Positions 31,401 to 41,196 of a stretch of 64,000 bases of DNA are shown piece after piece. The stretch is taken from positions 224,001 through 288,000 of the forward strand of contig JAYFMW010000007.1 of the NCBI GenBank assembly GCA_042408215.1. Direction: 5' to 3'. This stretch comes from Microcoleus sp. GTDB taxonomy: Bacteria; Cyanobacteriota; Cyanobacteriia; Cyanobacteriales; Microcoleaceae. The notes under the pieces are model-generated. The model was not told where the DNA came from. It worked only from the letters and a program-made list of their open reading frames with translations, and did no database searches. Position numbers and translations under genes: made by a program. Each line of letters begins with the position of its first letter. The stretch's first letter is position 1.

Positions 31401-33204
31401 TGAGTACCTTGAGCAAACTCAACACTTGCTTGATTTCATGCAAATACTAATAGTTGGTTCCGATATTTGGTATATGGGAGAATATCGAACTCTTGTAAAT
31501 TATTGTGGTTCAGATAGTCGCGTCATTAATTCCTACGGAATAACAGAATGTACCATTGATAGCACCTTCTTTGAGGATGAGAAAAATAGTATCCCAGAGC
31601 AAGCCTTAGTTCCGATCGGTCGCCCTATGTCCAACACCAAAATATATATTCTTGATCGACAACTCCAACCAGTACCTATAGGTGTAATAGGCGAACTCTA
31701 TATCGGAGGTGATGGTTTAGCCAGAGGTTATCTTAACCGCCCAGAATTAACACAAGAGAAATTCATAGCTAATCCTTTCCAAACAGGAGAACGCATTTAT
31801 AAAACAGGCGACATTGCTCGTTACTTAAATGATGGTAATATAGAGTATCTCGATCGCATTGATAACCAAGTCAAGATTCGAGGCTTCCGCATTGAGCTAG
31901 GAGAAATAGAAGCAGTTATCAACACTCATCCTCAAATCCAACAAACTGTAGCGATCGCGAGGGAAGACATACCTGGAAACAAACGCCTAGTCGCCTATAT
32001 CGTGACGGAGGATGAATTATTAAATACTCATCAAGTACGAGAATATCTCAAACAGAAGTTACCAGAATATATGCTACCTTCTGCCTTTATGTTCTTAAAA
32101 AATCTCCCCTTAACACCCAACGGCAAAATAGACCGTAAAGCGTTACCTGCTCCTGATTTAGACTTAAGCACTCAAGGTGAATTAATTCTTCCCAGAGATA
32201 CTATAGAATTGAAATTAGCACAAATATGGTCTGATTTGCTCGGCATCAATCCTATAGGAGTAACAAACAACTTCTTTGAATTAGGCGGACATTCTCTTCT
32301 GGCTGTCAGTCTCATGGCTCAAATTCAAAAACAATTCCACAAAAAATTATCTTTAGCAACACTTTTCCAAAATTCAACCATTGAACAAATCGCCCATCTT
32401 CTGCGTTTAGAAACAGATGCTTTAGATTGGTCTGTTTTAGTACCCATCAAATCTAAGGGTAATAAACCTCCGCTATTTTGTATTCATCCATCTGGAGGAA
32501 ATGTTCTCTGTTATCAAGATTTAGCCTATCAATTGGATTTAGATCAACCAGTCTATGGATTACAATCCTTTGGTTTAAATCCTGAAAACCAACCTCATAG
32601 TAGTATTGAACAGATGGCTAGTTACTATATCCAAGCAATCCAAACTGTTCAAGCTCATGGGCCTTACTTGCTGATGGGTTGGTCTTTAGGTGGTATAGTT
32701 GCTTTTGAAATGGCACAGCAACTTTCGCGCCAAGGAGAAAAAATTGCTTTCTTAGCTTCAATAGATACTAACCCTCTTTTCACCACATCTGAATTAGAAA
32801 ATAATGATGCTGTTGTGATGGTGTGGATGCTTGGAGAAGCTCTTAAACCTTGTTTGGAGGAAATAAAACAACTAGAACCACAGGAACAATTAATCTATGT
32901 GTTAGAACAAGCTAAACAAAAAAATCTGGTGTCAGAAGACGTTGATTTAACTCAAATTCAACATTTATTGGAGATTAACAAATTGAACATTCAAGCTCTA
33001 GAAAATTATCAACCTCAATCCTATTTAGGCTCGATGATTGTCATACAAGCTAGTGAAACTAATACTGATTTGACATCAGTCTGGAATGAATTTGTAGAAA
33101 AAGTAGATGCTTATATGATTCCGGGTAATCATTACAATCTGGTTACAACTCCACAAGTTCAAAGACTAGCTCAAATCATCCAAAAATATCTGGCTAGATT
33201 GTAG
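25408..33204 (+). pseudogene. Two-module NRPS (half C-A-MT-T-C-A-T-TE), split by two frameshifts into ORFs 25408-27597, 27624-28352 and 28315-33204
   Basis: A-domain cores YVIYTSGSTG/YGxTE/YKTGD twice; MT VLDIGCGTG; PCP FFELGGHSL twice; C domain MHHIVSDGWS; TE GWSLGG; frame breaks near 27593 and 28344. Confidence 0.9.
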
Positions 33205-33338
33205 GTTGGGTTGAGGAACGAAACCCAACATTATCAAGGATTTTGTGAGGCTTCTTATCAAGGATTTTGTTCTGATAAATACCATTTAATTTGGTATTGT
33301 AAAAATGAAATCAATTGCTCAAATCAGGAGAAAATATT

Positions 33339-33986
33339 ATGTTAGAAAAAGATGGAATCGTTTATGAAATTCTACAAAGTCAAGATTTGTCCAGTACAAT
33401 TGAATGTTTAGCTACTGTTTTTCCTGGCAGTGAGCCACTTACCCATTGTTTAGGAATCACTAAAGAATACTATTATCCCGTAGCCGAAATTGTTTGTCAC
33501 AAAGCGGTAGAAGATGGATTATCTCATATCGCTAAAGATGCACAAACAGGTGAAGTAGTCGGCTTTAGAATTTCTGAAGATTTGCATACAAGAGAAGATA
33601 AATCTTATCAAGATAAATTTAATGAATTTGAGAAATTTCTCCCCATTAGTTCTCTAGTAGAATCGCTACAAAGTCAGTATTTACAGGATAAAGTTCTCAG
33701 CAAAGGACAAATGTTATATCATTCCCTGTTAGGAGTAGATCCTAGATATCAGAATCGCCAGATCCCTAAATATTTATATGATGAAAATATAGATCATGCT
33801 AAAAATCAAAATTTTTCCAGAATAATTACTGAAGCTACGGGCATGGTTTCACAAAGACTTTGTTCGAGATTCGGATTTAAGGAAATTTTGTCGATTAATT
33901 ATCAAGATTATGAATATGAAGGAGTGAAAGTATTTGCTAACATCACTCGTCACAAAAAATGCGTGCTAATGGAGAAATTACTCTAG
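33339..33986 (+). CDS. GNAT-fold protein (resembles GNAT-like loading domains of cyanobacterial PKS/NRPS)
   Basis: AGGAG RBS; VFPGSEPLT, KAVEDGLSHIAKD..VVGFRISED, LGVDPRYQNR, TEATGMVSQ..FGF. Confidence 0.75.
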   Translation: MLEKDGIVYEILQSQDLSSTIECLATVFPGSEPLTHCLGITKEYYYPVAEIVCHKAVEDGLSHIAKDAQTGEVVGFRISEDLHTREDKSYQDKFNEFEKFLPISSLVESLQSQYLQDKVLSKGQMLYHSLLGVDPRYQNRQIPKYLYDENIDHAKNQNFSRIITEATGMVSQRLCSRFGFKEILSINYQDYEYEGVKVFANITRHKKCVLMEKLL

Positions 33987-34004
33987 CCTGACACAACGAG
34001 ATTC

Positions 34005-34322
34005 TTAAGATAGCAAATTTACCCCCACGACTCCTAGAATAATCAAAAAAATTGAAACAATTTGTAGAGGGTTTAAAGTTTCTTTAAAAAAAATAACCCC
34101 TACTATTGCAATTATCGTGGTTCCCAATCCTGACCAGATTGCATAAGCAATATTTAGATTAATTCCTTTAAGAGCCTTTGTCAACATGGAGATGCTACCA
34201 ATGTAGCATATCACCACTAAAGTAGAAGGAATTAATTGAGTAAATCCCTGGGAAAACTTCATACAAGTTGTTCCCAGTGATTCTAATAAAATAGCAATGA
34301 ATAAATCCAGCCAACTTGTCAT
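34005..34322 (-). CDS. SMR (EmrE/QacE-like) small multidrug efflux protein
   Basis: 105 aa, 4 TM, conserved Glu (AILLESLGT), KFSQGF, IAYAIWSGLG. Confidence 0.92.
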   Translation of the reverse strand: MTSWLDLFIAILLESLGTTCMKFSQGFTQLIPSTLVVICYIGSISMLTKALKGINLNIAYAIWSGLGTTIIAIVGVIFFKETLNPLQIVSIFLIILGVVGVNLLS

Positions 34323-34344
34323 AATCTAACTCTTTCTACAATCA

Positions 34345-35709
34345 TTAATGGGCGGGTTTTATAGGTTCAATTAGTTCCAAACGAGAAGGGAGATATTCTC
34401 TTCTCTCTATATCACTCAAATCTTCAGCCGCACGAATTAATTCTACATCTCCTGTTTCTGTAATCAACACAATATTAGGACGATATTCGATAAACTGAAA
34501 CCAAAAACTATTATTATAGGCACCAATATTAGAGATGACCAAGCGATCGCCTCGTGATAAAGGTGGTAAGCTAATTGCTTCCGCTATCACATCTATATTC
34601 GTACAAAGAGGTCCATAAAGTTGGGAAGTTTCACACTTACCAGGAATAGCCTTTGCTAGGGAAATATTAAACTGAAACCAAAGACCAAGAAATAGTAAGT
34701 TAATCCCAGCATCAATAACATAACCAGGATTTCCATCAGGTAAGCGTTTTGTCCCACAAACGGTAGTAATTAAAGTTCCTGCTTCATCTACCAGCAATCG
34801 TCCTGATTCAATAATTAATTTAGGTCTATGGTTGGGTCTAAGACTTTTCAAGAGAGCATTACAGATAGTCTCCGCATAGTCATCAATAGAAGGAGATATT
34901 AACTCACCTGTATGATAAATTTCCTTCATTTTGTTGTTAGATGCAAATCCACCACCAATATCTATATACTCCATAGACCAGCCAAAATGATCTTCTATCT
35001 CATAGCCAAATTTGACCATTTTTTCTACTTGTTGAGCGTAGGCTTCTTTATTGGTTATGAAAGTACCAATATGGCTATGTAATCCATTGAGACGTAACCG
35101 ATTACTTTTCGCAATATGTTGTACTGCTTCCATCGCTTCACCAGATTCTAGGTTAAAACCAAATCTTGACCAACAAGGTTCTATACCTGTATCTAAGTTA
35201 ATACGAATACCAACAGTCAGGGTTTTGTCTAAGATTGAGGCAATTTTTTCTAAATCTTCAATTTCCTCGAAGCGATCAATATTGACTGTTACCCCATCTT
35301 TGATAGCCGCGAATAAAGTATTAAATGGTTTATGGGGTCCGTTGAAAATGATTTCTTGACCAGGAATACCTAAATTTTTAGCTTTATCGTATTCCATTTG
35401 GGAAACTAATTCAGCAACGGCTCCTTCTTGATGGAAAATAGCACAAATTGCTTTTAAATAATTAGTCTTATAAGACCAACCAAAAGTTACGTCTGGATAA
35501 CGATTAGTAAAAGCATTTTTGACACGACGAAACTGCTTTCTTAATGTCTCTTCTGAGTAAACAAATAAAGGAGAACCAAACTGGGCGACTAAATCCTCAA
35601 CACTAACTCCAGATATTTCTGTTTTAATTGTCTGATTTAGGGGATTTACTTGAGTCAATTCATTTATTGGACTATTTTGCAACTCACCAATTGTAGGTTT
35701 TTCTGACAT
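34345..35709 (-). CDS. PLP-dependent fold-III decarboxylase (diaminopimelate/ornithine decarboxylase-like)
   Basis: FGSPLFVY, SYKTN (PLP Lys), FNGP, SRFG, HSHIG, DIGGGF, ESGR, GPLC..D, GAY. Confidence 0.9.
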   Translation of the reverse strand: MSEKPTIGELQNSPINELTQVNPLNQTIKTEISGVSVEDLVAQFGSPLFVYSEETLRKQFRRVKNAFTNRYPDVTFGWSYKTNYLKAICAIFHQEGAVAELVSQMEYDKAKNLGIPGQEIIFNGPHKPFNTLFAAIKDGVTVNIDRFEEIEDLEKIASILDKTLTVGIRINLDTGIEPCWSRFGFNLESGEAMEAVQHIAKSNRLRLNGLHSHIGTFITNKEAYAQQVEKMVKFGYEIEDHFGWSMEYIDIGGGFASNNKMKEIYHTGELISPSIDDYAETICNALLKSLRPNHRPKLIIESGRLLVDEAGTLITTVCGTKRLPDGNPGYVIDAGINLLFLGLWFQFNISLAKAIPGKCETSQLYGPLCTNIDVIAEAISLPPLSRGDRLVISNIGAYNNSFWFQFIEYRPNIVLITETGDVELIRAAEDLSDIERREYLPSRLELIEPIKPAH

Positions 35710-35803
35710 TTTAATTGCCTCCTAAAGTAACTATGGTATGTAAATGTGTGGAATCAGTCAATATCTTTGCCCCAAAAATAAAGAGAAAGAATAATCTCAT
35801 CCT

Positions 35804-36397
35804 TCAGCTTTTTTGATAATAGATATTAATACTTGATTCTAGTTTTTCTCTTCCGTCCGCAACTGCTGTCACCTGCTCTTTGTACTTCTCATCGATCAGA
35901 TATTTTAAAGGTTGTTCAACTTGATTAAAATAACGCATTGCTTCAGCCGCTTTTTCATCCCATTCTGCATATAAGTTTAAGATATCATCGGGCATTATTT
36001 TAGTGCGAAGTCCTTCGGCATCGTTTCGTAGGCATTCAAAAGGTTCATCCAAATTTAAAGTTCCATAATCAATTGTTATTTCTTCTCCCGGATAAATATC
36101 TCTAACTGCTATTTCAAAATCATAAGCAGTAGTAATACAGTTAGGATTAGAAGAATGATTGAGAAAACGTCCTAGATCCCATACTAATGCTAGTTTACCA
36201 GTTCTATATCGATAACAGTATTTAAGCACTTCTTTTTTGGTGAATTCATCGAGGGAATTTACATAGGATTCATCTAGTTTTTGAGTAAGGTCATCTAAAA
36301 TCCAAACTATTGTTCCTTTTGGAATCAATTTAGTGGCTATTAAACCATAACCGATCGTTTCGTTAATCTTGCTCATTTGGGTGTCAGGATGTATCAT
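35804..36397 (-). CDS. SET-domain protein (putative methyltransferase)
   Basis: IGYGLIATKLIPKGT, RFLNHSSNPN, IAVRDIYPGEEITIDYG. Confidence 0.92.
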   Translation of the reverse strand: MIHPDTQMSKINETIGYGLIATKLIPKGTIVWILDDLTQKLDESYVNSLDEFTKKEVLKYCYRYRTGKLALVWDLGRFLNHSSNPNCITTAYDFEIAVRDIYPGEEITIDYGTLNLDEPFECLRNDAEGLRTKIMPDDILNLYAEWDEKAAEAMRYFNQVEQPLKYLIDEKYKEQVTAVADGREKLESSINIYYQKS

Positions 36398-36439
36398 AAG
36401 AGAAATGGGTTTGAAACCCCGTCCGAGAAGGACGGCTTT
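36398..36439 (+). mobile_element. IS200/IS605 left-end hairpin abutting the SET gene start codon
   Basis: TCAT|AAGAGAAATGGGTTTGAAACCCCGTCC..GGACGGCTTT, same motif as at 43396, 44383(-) and upstream of tnpB at ~50827; no right end identified. Confidence 0.65.
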
Positions 36440-36754
36440 ATATTGGATTTAGATATCATATCACTATAGGCATTACGGCATGACTTCAGCAGTAAAACAG
36501 CCTACCCTACACCCAGGCACAAACCAGCCCCCCAGTTTGCGCCTGGGTTAAAAGTTGGGGTATTGAGGGTTAAGGTGTTACGCTCCGGCTCCACCAATGT
36601 CAATCTCTTCCTCAAGTCCTGATACGGGTATTTTTTTATACCTTATATCTCGTTTCTCTGCGTATATTCCGCAAAAAACTCGGCTAAACACTTTACTCCC
36701 ATGTATAAAAAAATACTTTAGTTATTCCAAAGCCAAACTGGGTTAAGCCAAACT

Positions 36755-37016
36755 GTAGGGACACTCCAGCGTGCCCCTAGGTCTCAACTTAAGCCTAAAA
36801 CCCTTGATAAATCTGGTTTTTAGGCGACTGCGAGATCCCCCTAAATCCCCCTTAAGAAGGGGGACTTTGATCGGAATCTTGTCCCACACCCCCTACTCCC
36901 CTACTCCCCTGGTTGTCGGGGGGCTAGGGGGGATCTGGACCCAATCGTCAAACAACACTCTCTGACTGGGTTTGACGTTAAGTTGACAGGAAGAAGGGCA
37001 CTTGGAGTGTCCCTAC
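36755..37016. repeat. Nested palindromic MITE/REP-like element
   Basis: Outer IR GTAGGGACACTCCA..GTGCCC / GGGCAC..TGGAGTGTCCCTAC; inner TCAACTTAA / TTAAGTTGA; inner GATCCCCCT / AGGGGGGATC. Confidence 0.75.
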
Positions 37017-37079
37017 TACAGGATGTGTCGCCAACGCGATCTGTTTAGCCTGAAGCCGCGTAGCAACGCGGGCTTTTTT

Positions 37080-37262
37080 TCAATTGGGAATTTTGTGATA
37101 ATTCTGTAAGTCCCTGTCGAGTGACCAGATAAAAACTTCACTCATGGGGAAGCGTTTACACGATTTATTAAATTCTTTAATGATACTGAGATCGCCGAAA
37201 CTTGTTCCTTCTTGCCGATCGGGAGCTTTGTTTTTGCCAGCTAAATCTGGGAACCGATCAAT
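37080..37262 (-). pseudogene. C-terminal fragment of a PIN-like domain protein
   Basis: IDRFPDLAG..GTSFGDLSII..VFIWSLDRDL; fragment starts at the repeat junction. Confidence 0.55.
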
Positions 37263-37306
37263 AGACATCTCCCAAAAAGAAATAGTTGACCGATCGCTAT
37301 TAAGTT
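37259..37306 (+). repeat. 48-bp direct repeat, right copy
   Basis: Identical to 25018-25065. Confidence 0.95.
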
Positions 37307-37514
37307 ATAATAGTTCTAGCATGACTTTAGGTCTTTGATGTTTAGGTAATGGCATTCGGATTTCTAAAACTCCTTCAGCATAAGCAATTCTCCACGCTCT
37401 ACCGTCGCCGACATCAGACATTATCGCTTTAAATGTTTGCCATTTAATGCCAGCCAAATTAATTAATTTTTCCTCGGTACTTGGTTGAGTTGGAGTCAAT
37501 GTTGTTGTGACCAT
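37305..37514 (-). pseudogene. Uma2 (DUF820) gene, N-terminal fragment
   Basis: LAGIKWQTFKAI..RIAYAEGVLEIRMPLPKH typical Uma2 N-terminus; truncated at the repeat. Confidence 0.8.
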
Positions 37515-37658
37515 TTGAGCTACAATTGGTTAAGCTTTGATTGATTTTAGCATAATCCTCTAACATCTGCGTTCATCCCCGTTCATCTGCCTTTATCTGC
37601 GGTAAAAAAAAGAGCGATCGCCCTTTATGACAAAAAGTGCGATCGCCCATTTTAATTC

Positions 37659-38678
37659 CTAACCAGGAATCACCTGACTCAGCAAGTGAGCCTGAGAACC
37701 CTCAAGACGAGGCCCGTGAATTTGCACCACCCTAGAAGCCAATAAATGCCCCCAACGCGCTGCTTGCGCCGCACTCAAACCATTAGTAAGTCCAAACAGA
37801 ACACCGCCGGCAAAAGCATCACCAGCACCAACAGTATCAATTGCGTGTACGGGATATCCAGGTACTTCAACAATCTGTTTATTTTCCACCACCATGCAGC
37901 CTTTCGCCCCATTAGTGATAAAAGCCAAATCCGTAATTTCACTCATTTTCCGAGCACACTCTTCAAAAGATTCCTCCTGAAAAAAGCTCCGAACTTCATC
38001 AGAATTGCAAAAGATTACATCGCAATATTCCGAAACAACCTTGTGGAAATCATCAGCAAATCGATGGACCAAAAAGCAATCAGAAAAAGTAAAAGCAACC
38101 TTCACTCCCAAACGCTTAGACTGTTCCATCGTCTCAATACTAGCCTTCCTCGGATTCGGTGCATCCCAAAGATAGCCCTCAATATAACTGTACTTGCAAT
38201 GACTCAGGCGATCGACATTAATATCCGTCACAGCCAGAGTAGTAGAAACCCCCAAATTAGTACACATCGTGCGTTCCGCATCAGGAGTAGTCAGCACTAC
38301 ACAAGTACCCGTCGGCGCGTTAAATTCAGTTGCAGGATGTACGTTAAAATCAATCCCAGCCTCCAACAAGTCTTGCCGGTAGAATTCGCCATTAGTATCC
38401 TTAGCAACCTTACCCGAATAATAAGCTTTACCGCCACTTTGGGCGACAGCAATCATCGTATTAGCAGCCGAACCCCCCGATCGCAGTTGCAGCGAAGTGT
38501 GCTCCAAATCGTGCAAAATCCCCCCCTGACTTTCCGAATCCATCAGCGTCATCCCGCCGCGATTCAGCCCGTGTTCGATCACAAACTCATCTTCCACCAA
38601 TGCTAAGATGTCTACAAGGGCATTGCCCACGCCGAACACATCCACAGAACCCGAATCTTTATTATTTTCCGTCATCAC
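37659..38678 (-). CDS. PfkB-family carbohydrate/adenosine kinase
   Basis: GNALVD, GGSAANT, PTGTC..ERTM, DTVGAGDAFAGG. Confidence 0.93.
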   Translation of the reverse strand: MMTENNKDSGSVDVFGVGNALVDILALVEDEFVIEHGLNRGGMTLMDSESQGGILHDLEHTSLQLRSGGSAANTMIAVAQSGGKAYYSGKVAKDTNGEFYRQDLLEAGIDFNVHPATEFNAPTGTCVVLTTPDAERTMCTNLGVSTTLAVTDINVDRLSHCKYSYIEGYLWDAPNPRKASIETMEQSKRLGVKVAFTFSDCFLVHRFADDFHKVVSEYCDVIFCNSDEVRSFFQEESFEECARKMSEITDLAFITNGAKGCMVVENKQIVEVPGYPVHAIDTVGAGDAFAGGVLFGLTNGLSAAQAARWGHLLASRVVQIHGPRLEGSQAHLLSQVIPG

Positions 38679-38762
38679 TGATTTTGGTTTAAACTAATTA
38701 TCAACTGTATATTATATCGGCTTCAATTCAACATCCAAAATCCAAAATACCAATAAAATCCG

Positions 38763-40328
38763 ATGAATGATGCTTCGCTACCTGATGTGATCCAGCAAAT
38801 GTTGCAGCCTGGCTTCTACCCCCACAGGGTGACAGAACCCCTGCGGCTAATTCAGACTCATGCTTCTTTTGTCCTGCTGACAGGAGATTATGCTTACAAA
38901 ATCAAGAAGCCAGTCAATTTTGGCTTTTTGGACTACTCAACTTTAGAAAAACGACAGCATTTTTGTAACCAAGAATTGGTAATGAATCGGCGCACAGCAC
39001 CGGAAATATATCTCGAAGTTTTGCCAATTATTCAACAAGGCGATCGTTTTAAATTAAGCAGCAATTCACCAGATATAAATTCTGAAAAAATTCCTGTAGA
39101 GTACACCCTAAAAATGCAAGAATTTTCTCAAGAATCGCTGTTTATCAGTTTGTTAGAACGGGGAAAGCTTACCGAGCAAATCATCGAAGAATTAGGGCGG
39201 GAAGTAGCCAAATTCCACAGCAGCACAATCAGTAACAACGACATTCGCAAATTTGGTGAAGTCAGCCAGATTCGCAAAGCAATAGATGAGAATTACCTGA
39301 TTTCGCAAAAATATATCGGCGGGCCGCAGACTCAGACACAATATCAGGAAACAAAAAATTACACAGACTGGTTTTTTGCCCAAAATCAAGAATTGTTCGA
39401 TCGTCGCATAGCGAATCATAAAATTCGCGAGTGCCACGGAGATTTGCACTTGCGAAATATCGCATTATGGCAAGATAAAATCTTGCTATTTGATTGCATT
39501 GAATTTAACGAGCCTTTTCGGTTTGTTGATGTCATGTACGATGTTGCTTTTACAGTAATGGATTTGGAATCGCGGGGACGCAGAGAATTAGGAAATGCTT
39601 TGATCAATACTTACATTGAACAAACAGGCGACTGGGAAGGATTGCAACTGCTGCCACTGTATTTGAGCCGCCAAGCTTATGTGAGAGCAAAAGTAACTTC
39701 GTTGATGTTGGACGATGTGGCTATTTCAACTGCGGAAAAAGTAGAAATTTCACAGATAGCCGCTGATTATTATAAACTGGCTTGGGAATACACAAAACCG
39801 CGTCGAGGAAAGTTAACTTTAATGTCGGGTTTGTCTGGTTCCGGTAAGAGTACATTAGCTCGATATTTGGCTCGCCGCACAGGTGCAATTCATATTCGTT
39901 CCGATGCTGTTCGGAAACATTTAGGCGGAATTCCTTTAAACTCACGCGGCGGACAAGATTTGTATTCGGATGAAATGACAGCCCAGACTTATTCTCGGTT
40001 ATTAGAATTGGGGTTGATTCTAGCTGACAGAGGCTGGGATGTGATTTTAGATGCAAAGTTCGATCGCCAAAACTTGAGATCGACTCCTATTAATACGGCT
40101 CAAGCCCGCAATTTACCTCTGCAAATAATTTACTGCACCGCACCAATCGAAGTATTGCGATCGCGCCTGCAACAGCGCCTGGGCGATATTGCGGACGCCA
40201 CAGCAGAACTATTGAGCAAGCAGCAAGCAGCATCTGAACCTTTTACAGAAGCCGAGCAAATTTATGTAAAAATTGTAGATACCGAGCAAGACTTAGAGGT
40301 ACAATTAAAATCAATTTGTGGCGAATAG
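38763..40328 (+). CDS. Aminoglycoside-phosphotransferase-like domain fused to P-loop kinase (AAA_33)
   Basis: IQTHAS..YKIKKPV, ECHGDLHLRNI, FDCIEFN, GLSGSGKST, IRSDAVRK. Confidence 0.9.
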   Translation: MNDASLPDVIQQMLQPGFYPHRVTEPLRLIQTHASFVLLTGDYAYKIKKPVNFGFLDYSTLEKRQHFCNQELVMNRRTAPEIYLEVLPIIQQGDRFKLSSNSPDINSEKIPVEYTLKMQEFSQESLFISLLERGKLTEQIIEELGREVAKFHSSTISNNDIRKFGEVSQIRKAIDENYLISQKYIGGPQTQTQYQETKNYTDWFFAQNQELFDRRIANHKIRECHGDLHLRNIALWQDKILLFDCIEFNEPFRFVDVMYDVAFTVMDLESRGRRELGNALINTYIEQTGDWEGLQLLPLYLSRQAYVRAKVTSLMLDDVAISTAEKVEISQIAADYYKLAWEYTKPRRGKLTLMSGLSGSGKSTLARYLARRTGAIHIRSDAVRKHLGGIPLNSRGGQDLYSDEMTAQTYSRLLELGLILADRGWDVILDAKFDRQNLRSTPINTAQARNLPLQIIYCTAPIEVLRSRLQQRLGDIADATAELLSKQQAASEPFTEAEQIYVKIVDTEQDLEVQLKSICGE

Positions 40329-40414
40329 TTGCAGAGCGATCGCCCTGTCCCATTTAATTTGCTGCTAATCTTGTCAAGATCTTTATGTTCTCTTAGAAAA
40401 AGGACTTACATACC

Positions 40415-40738
40415 GTGGGAAAATTTACCGGAGACTCAAAGGGGGTAAACCCCGGCTTAATCGGGTTTGTGTTTTTTACCGTAGGCTTTCGGTTAATAGG
40501 AACTACCCTGCCCCTAAGCCTGATCTTTGGCTTCCTCGGAGGCGCGGCAGTCGGTTTAGTAGTAGCTTGGTGGCACAACGAACTGTTACTCAACCCCAAC
40601 AAACGTTCTAAGGACAAAGCCTCTGATGCTATTCTCAATAAAGAAGTAGTGGAAACAGACGGCAAATATGGCAAAAGTTACCCTCGTCAAGCTTCTACAT
40701 TGTTGGGCTGGCTGTCTGGTCCAGAGGATCGCCGCTAG
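40415..40738 (+). CDS. Small membrane protein
   Basis: Two Gly-rich TM segments then a charged tail. Confidence 0.65.
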   Translation: MGKFTGDSKGVNPGLIGFVFFTVGFRLIGTTLPLSLIFGFLGGAAVGLVVAWWHNELLLNPNKRSKDKASDAILNKEVVETDGKYGKSYPRQASTLLGWLSGPEDRR

Positions 40739-40740
40739 CT

Positions 40741-41193
40741 TTAGTCATTAGTCATTAGTCATTAGTCATTAGTCATTAGTCATTAGTTATTAGTCATTAG
40801 TCATTAGTCATTAGTTATTAGTCATTGGTCATTGGTCATTGGTCATTGGTCATTGGTCATTGGTCATTGGTCATTGGGAATGGGGAATTCGTAATTCGTA
40901 ATTCGTAATTCGTAATTAGTCATTAGTCATTAGTCATTAGTCATTAGTCATTAGTCATTAGTCATTGGTCATTGGTCATTGGTCATTGGTCATTGGTCAT
41001 TGGTCATTGGTCATTGGGAATTCGTAATTCGTAATTCGTAATTCGTAATTCGTAATTCGTAATTCGTAATTAGTCATTAGTCATTAGTCATTAGTCATTA
41101 GTCATTAGTCATTAGTCATTAGTTAACTGTTAACAGTCATTAGTTAACAGTTAACTGTCACCAATGCCCAATTCCCAATTCCCAATTCCCAAT
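40741..41193. repeat. Compound STRR array (TCATTAG, TCATTGG, TCGTAAT, TTCCCAA)
   Basis: Directly visible; block structure repeated twice. Confidence 0.95.
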
Positions 41194-41196
41194 TGA

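Noticed and set aside
34345..35709. Calling the decarboxylase housekeeping lysA
   Set aside because: It lies in an accessory island operon and the substrate cannot be assigned from fold-III motifs alone
37746..38606. 286-aa plus-strand ORF
   Set aside because: Antisense to the PfkB kinase, with no recognisable motifs
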